Source: a virus (taxonomy: Duplodnaviria; Heunggongvirae; Uroviricota; Caudoviricetes). From it: 64,000 nt of DNA. Made by a program: the position numbers and the translations under genes. Below, piece after piece: positions 61,289 to 64,000 of this stretch (the stretch's first letter is position 1; each line of letters starts with the position of its first letter). The stretch covers positions 240,642-304,641 of the IMG/VR virus record IMGVR_UViG_3300012943_000028; one strand, written 5' to 3'. Under the pieces are notes generated by a model. That model was not told where the DNA came from. It saw nothing but the letters and a program-made list of their open reading frames with translations, and searched no databases.

Positions 61289-61638
61289 ACGGCAAACGAT
61301 GAGCCGCAACCGCATGAGCCTGTTGCGTTCGGGTTGACGATCTTGAACGTTGAGCCCATGATGTCCTCAACATAATCGATGGATGCGCCATCAAGATAGT
61401 TTCCAGAGATAGCGTCGACGATGAACAGCACCCCATGCTGTGAAACGAGGTTATCACCGTCTTCAAACTCACTTTCGAAGGCAAAACCGTACTTCATACC
61501 TGAACACCCACCGCCCTCAACATAGACGCGCAGACCTTTATTGTTCGGTCCATTGCTTCCGGGATTTGGGTTGATAGGGTTCTGCTCGAGCAGTGAGGCA
61601 ACCTTCTTTGCTGCGGCTTCGGTGATGGTCAAATTCAT
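61285..61638 (-). CDS. erpA: A-type iron-sulfur cluster carrier (ErpA/IscA/HesB family)
   Basis: GGGCSGMKYGFAF...VDAISGNYLDGASIDYVED...FKIVNPNATGSCGCGSSF carries the three conserved Cys of HesB-family proteins. Confidence 0.8.
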   Translation of the reverse strand: MNLTITEAAAKKVASLLEQNPINPNPGSNGPNNKGLRVYVEGGGCSGMKYGFAFESEFEDGDNLVSQHGVLFIVDAISGNYLDGASIDYVEDIMGSTFKIVNPNATGSCGCGSSFAV

Positions 61639-61964
61639 GCTACGGCCTTCGTGAGCTTCTTCCAGATGAGTTCGAGGACGTCGTTAGACACTGCATCTGG
61701 ATGGTCAGCTGAATAGTCGACACCACCACGGATGTCGTGCGTCTCTGGTTTGGTGCGCCAGCTTTCAGTCAGAGCATTCGTATGCCACAGACCGTAGGTG
61801 TTGCGAATCCACTGGCCAACGGAGTGGTGCATGGCACACACGTTGTCGAGAGAGTGTTTCGTAACCCATACCTTGTCTTCATCGCTCATCTTGCTGATGA
61901 CGTCATCCGCAATGCCTTCGATGGTGTTGATGTTGGAGAGTTCCATGTCTGTATTTATCTCCAC
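61635..61964 (-). CDS. hypothetical protein
   Basis: 109-aa ORF. Confidence 0.45.
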   Translation of the reverse strand: MEINTDMELSNINTIEGIADDVISKMSDEDKVWVTKHSLDNVCAMHHSVGQWIRNTYGLWHTNALTESWRTKPETHDIRGGVDYSADHPDAVSNDVLELIWKKLTKAVA

Positions 61965-62629
61965 AAAAGTTGGAAGTTACCTGCTAGAACTGCGTCAGTC
62001 GGTGCCTGCCGTTCAGTGCGGTGGTCTTTGACGATGTTGTCTTGGAAGCGATAGGTACGAATCTTGTCGCCCCTCTCACCACTTCCAACCTGCTGTTTTC
62101 TATCAACTGCCATTGTATCACGAACCTGTTGGTGTTGGAACTGGTTCAACCTGCGCAGAATTTCTTCCTTCGCCTGTTGAAGCGAGCTCTGTCTGCTCCT
62201 AGTTTGTGACGTGACAATGACTCCACTTTTGATGTGGGTGATGCGGCAAGAGTTTTGGTGCTTGTTGCGGTGTTGACCACCGGCGCCTGAGCCCGAGTAC
62301 CACTCTACCTTGAAGTCACGGTCATTGAATTCAACTCGCTTTGTCTCAAGCGGGTTGATGACGGCGACGGTCACGGTAGACGAGTGGACTCGCCCATTGC
62401 GTTCAGTTGGTGGTATGCGCTGGATGCGGTGGCCTCCGGCTTCTCCATCTAGAACATGGAGGTTGTCGCCTTCGACCTCGATCGTTGCTTCCCCAAGACG
62501 CGGGAAAGCGAGCCGATACTTTCAGCCGACCTTGAGAAGGTACTTCGTGTATGCGTTGGCCAAGTCTCTTACGAAGAGCTTGGAGTCTGCTCCGCCTTCT
62601 GCGGAACGAATTTCGATGATGCGCTTCAT
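61955..62629 (-). CDS. class I peptide-chain release-factor homolog (domains 2-4 only) interrupted by an in-frame TGA at 62522-62524
   Basis: Reading from ATG 62629 gives MKRIIEIRSAEGGADSKLFVRDLANAYTKYLLKVG-TGA-KYRLAFPRLGEATIEVEGDNLHVLDGEAGGHRIQRIPPTERNGRVHSSTVTVAVINPLE...SGSGAGGQHRNKHQNSCRITHIKSGVIVTSQ...IRTYRFQDNIVKDHRT. It has the GGQ motif and a PxT-type (PPT) codon-recognition tripeptide. The TGA aligns with the conserved Trp of GWK in RF1/RF2, and the frame is identical before and after it. Confidence 0.6.
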
Positions 62630-62877
62630 GTTCGCTCCTTTAGTCGTGGACATTCTTTGAGAATCACAATCCACATTTCTCGCGTTTGAGTAAATGCTTC
62701 TTGCTTTTGGTTGAGGGACTTCATCTGTTCGAGAAGCCCTGGGGATGGGGAAAGTTTCAAGCGCTTGAGCTCTAGGAGCTCGGCGTTGACTTGCGCTATG
62801 CGCTCACCTATCTCGGCGAGGCGATCGTCAATGCGTTGGAGTTGATCTATATCAACAGCTTGATGTTCATGTGGCAA
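62626..62877 (-). CDS. hypothetical coiled-coil protein
   Basis: 83-aa ORF directly downstream of the tRNA. Confidence 0.45.
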   Translation of the reverse strand: MPHEHQAVDIDQLQRIDDRLAEIGERIAQVNAELLELKRLKLSPSPGLLEQMKSLNQKQEAFTQTREMWIVILKECPRLKERT

Positions 62878-62889
62878 GATTCCGGTAGG

Positions 62890-62964
62890 TGGTGCTCGCT
62901 GTAGGGATCGAACCTACGACCTCTTCTATGTCAAAGAAGTGCTCTACCACTGAGCTAAGCGAGC
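62890..62964 (-). tRNA. tRNA-Val (anticodon GAC)
   Basis: Minus strand GCTCGCT-TA-GCTC-AGTGGTA-GAGC-A-CTTCT-TTGACAT-AGAAG-AGGTC-GTAGG-TTCGATC-CCTAC-AGCGAGC-A-CCA gives a full cloverleaf with canonical U8, GG in the D-loop, U33/A37, TTCGATC T-loop and an encoded CCA. Confidence 0.8.
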
Positions 62965-63455
62965 CCGAGTTTCTTCATCTTCTTCTTGATCCAGTCCTTC
63001 TTGACTGGGCTCAAGTGATCGTAAAACGTAATTCCATTCAGGTGATCAAGCTCATGCTGAAAGCAGACTGCGTCAATGCCATCAAGCGTAAGCTCAAACT
63101 CTTCAAACTTGTCGTCACGAGCCTTCACCTTTACCCAGCTTGGGCGCTTCACGATGGCAAACAGGCCAGGGAAGCTCAAGCAGCCTTCGTTGAAGGGCAC
63201 GATCTCTGTCGATGCTTCAACGATCTCTGGGTTGAAGAACACACGGCGCTCCATCTTTCCACCCATGGAACTTGTGTCCATGATGAAGATGCGGAACGGG
63301 TATCCAATCTGAATGGCCGAAAGCCCAATGCCATTCTGGCGCTTCATCACCTCAAACATCTCAACGATCGTCGCCTCATCAACGTTAGTGATGCGGGAAA
63401 CCGGGTTGCTGATCATCTTCAGCGTCTTGTCTGGGTAGTGAAGAACTTTCATCAA
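62955..63455 (-). CDS. def: peptide deformylase
   Basis: GIGLSAIQIG (motif 1), EGCLSFPG (motif 2) and QHELDHLNG (HExxH motif 3). Confidence 0.85.
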   Translation of the reverse strand: MMKVLHYPDKTLKMISNPVSRITNVDEATIVEMFEVMKRQNGIGLSAIQIGYPFRIFIMDTSSMGGKMERRVFFNPEIVEASTEIVPFNEGCLSFPGLFAIVKRPSWVKVKARDDKFEEFELTLDGIDAVCFQHELDHLNGITFYDHLSPVKKDWIKKKMKKLGLA

Positions 63456-63556
63456 GGTGGTGCCCTCACACAGAATCGAACTGTGGTTTCAGCCTTACCA
63501 AAGCCGCGTAATAGCCACTATACTATGAGGGCATAATCTCGTACATCTCTATTTAT

Positions 63557-63632
63557 TGGAGCGCCCAGTGGGAATCGGACCCACGACCTTCGCCTTCGGA
63601 TGACGACGCTCTATCCACTGAGCTACAGGCGC
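63557..63632 (-). tRNA. tRNA-Arg (anticodon CCG)
   Basis: Minus strand GCGCCTG-TA-GCTC-AGTGGATA-GAGC-G-TCGTC-ATCCGAA-GGCGA-AGGTC-GTGGG-TCCGATT-CCCAC-TGGGCGC-T-CCA gives a cloverleaf with two G-U pairs in the acceptor stem. The T-loop has C at position 55 (unusual). Confidence 0.7.
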
Positions 63633-63653
63633 ATTGGAACCACGGTAAATACA

Positions 63654-64000
63654 CCATGGAAACCGTCATTGAACATTACATGAACCGTCTGGATTCTCGC
63701 CGTGGTGCACTGCACCAGTGGTGCGGAACAGACAATGCAGAATCGTACCGTGAGCAACATGGCAATGGTCCAAATCCGTTCAAGCCGGAGGACTTCGATT
63801 ACCGCTTCAACTCAAATGGGTTCAGGTGCGACGAGTTCACAGAAGAAAGCGAGCTGCCGGTTCTATTCAACGGCTGCAGCATCACTGAAGGGATAGGAGT
63901 TCCTGTCACTGGAACTTGGGCCTATCAGCTCGTTGAGAAGCTGCGCGCTGCAACTGGCAAGAAGATTCCATTCTGGAACATTGCCATTGGCGGTGGTGGA
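63654..64000 (+). CDS. SGNH/GDSL-like hydrolase paralog 5, 3' end truncated by window edge
   Basis: METVIEHYMN...GPNPFKPEDFDYRFNSNGFRCDEFTEESELPVLFNGCSITEGIGVP...RAATGKKIPFWNIAIGGGG is strongly similar to the gene 15702..16505 product. Open to the window end, so absent from the ORF track. Confidence 0.5.

Noticed and set aside
62522-62524. Genome-wide reassignment of TGA to Trp (code 4/25-like) as an explanation for the in-frame TGA in the release-factor gene
   Set aside because: TGA is used as an ordinary stop at many tightly coupled ATGA junctions in the window (for example 283-285, 4797-4799, 62626-62628). Treating it as sense would fuse well-defined separate genes.
62890-63632. Idea that the two tRNAs are suppressors enabling readthrough of the release-factor UGA
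   Set aside because: The anticodons are GAC (Val) and CCG (Arg). Neither can pair with UGA.
1-64000. CRISPR arrays, integrase/attachment sites or a large tandem DNA repeat
   Set aside because: No regularly spaced direct repeats and no tyrosine or serine recombinase signature were seen. The only DNA-level repetition is the dispersed promoter/terminator motifs and the in-frame repeats inside the tail-fibre genes.

Overview
This window reads as a densely packed segment of a virulent dsDNA phage genome, not a bacterial chromosome. Almost every gene is on the minus strand, genes are short and tightly coupled (many ATGA and TAATG start/stop overlaps), and small hypothetical proteins are frequent. 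The features I can support are listed below.

- **T4-type DNA metabolism.** Both subunits of a type II topoisomerase (gp39/gp52-like) are present. There is a thymidylate-synthase-family enzyme whose specificity residue (Asp) points to dCMP hydroxymethylase, plus a thymidylate-kinase-like dNMP kinase, a MazG pyrophosphohydrolase, DHFR, a guanylate-kinase homolog, an iron-sulfur DinG-like helicase and a DEDDh exonuclease.
- **DNA-modification candidates.** A T4 beta-glucosyltransferase-like protein sits beside UDP-galactopyranose mutase. QueC and a QueD-like protein suggest 7-deazaguanine chemistry.
- **A roughly 11 kb glycan/sugar-activation island (15.7-26.4 kb).** It holds GatZ-like, KdsC-like, AroE-like and cupin proteins and a nucleotidyltransferase-kinase fusion. 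It also carries three paralogs of an unassigned CxSGQxRT family and four SGNH/GDSL-like paralogs, with a fifth copy at the window end.
- **A translation-associated cluster.** Peptide deformylase, tRNA-Val(GAC), tRNA-Arg(CCG), and a class I release-factor homolog that carries an in-frame TGA exactly at the conserved GWK tryptophan.
- **A Ro60/TROVE (Rsr) homolog next to an ORF-free region of about 550 nt.** This region is a candidate Y-RNA locus.
- **Structural genes.** Tail-fibre genes are on the plus strand.
- **Other notable genes.** Two HNH and one GIY-YIG endonuclease, NADAR, HD (alarmone-hydrolase-like), Nudix, ErpA, ACP-domain, PPAT, SPFH, an outer-membrane beta-barrel, a glycine-zipper lipoprotein and a secreted non-specific nuclease.
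- **Regulatory elements.** A conserved composite promoter motif recurs six times for minus-strand transcription (TTATGTTAAC-type palindromic half-sites, a GTGTAC box, then 16-18 nt to a TAnnAT -10). A family of minus-strand intrinsic terminators shares a TTTTGCC tail.

No CRISPR array or integrase was found.
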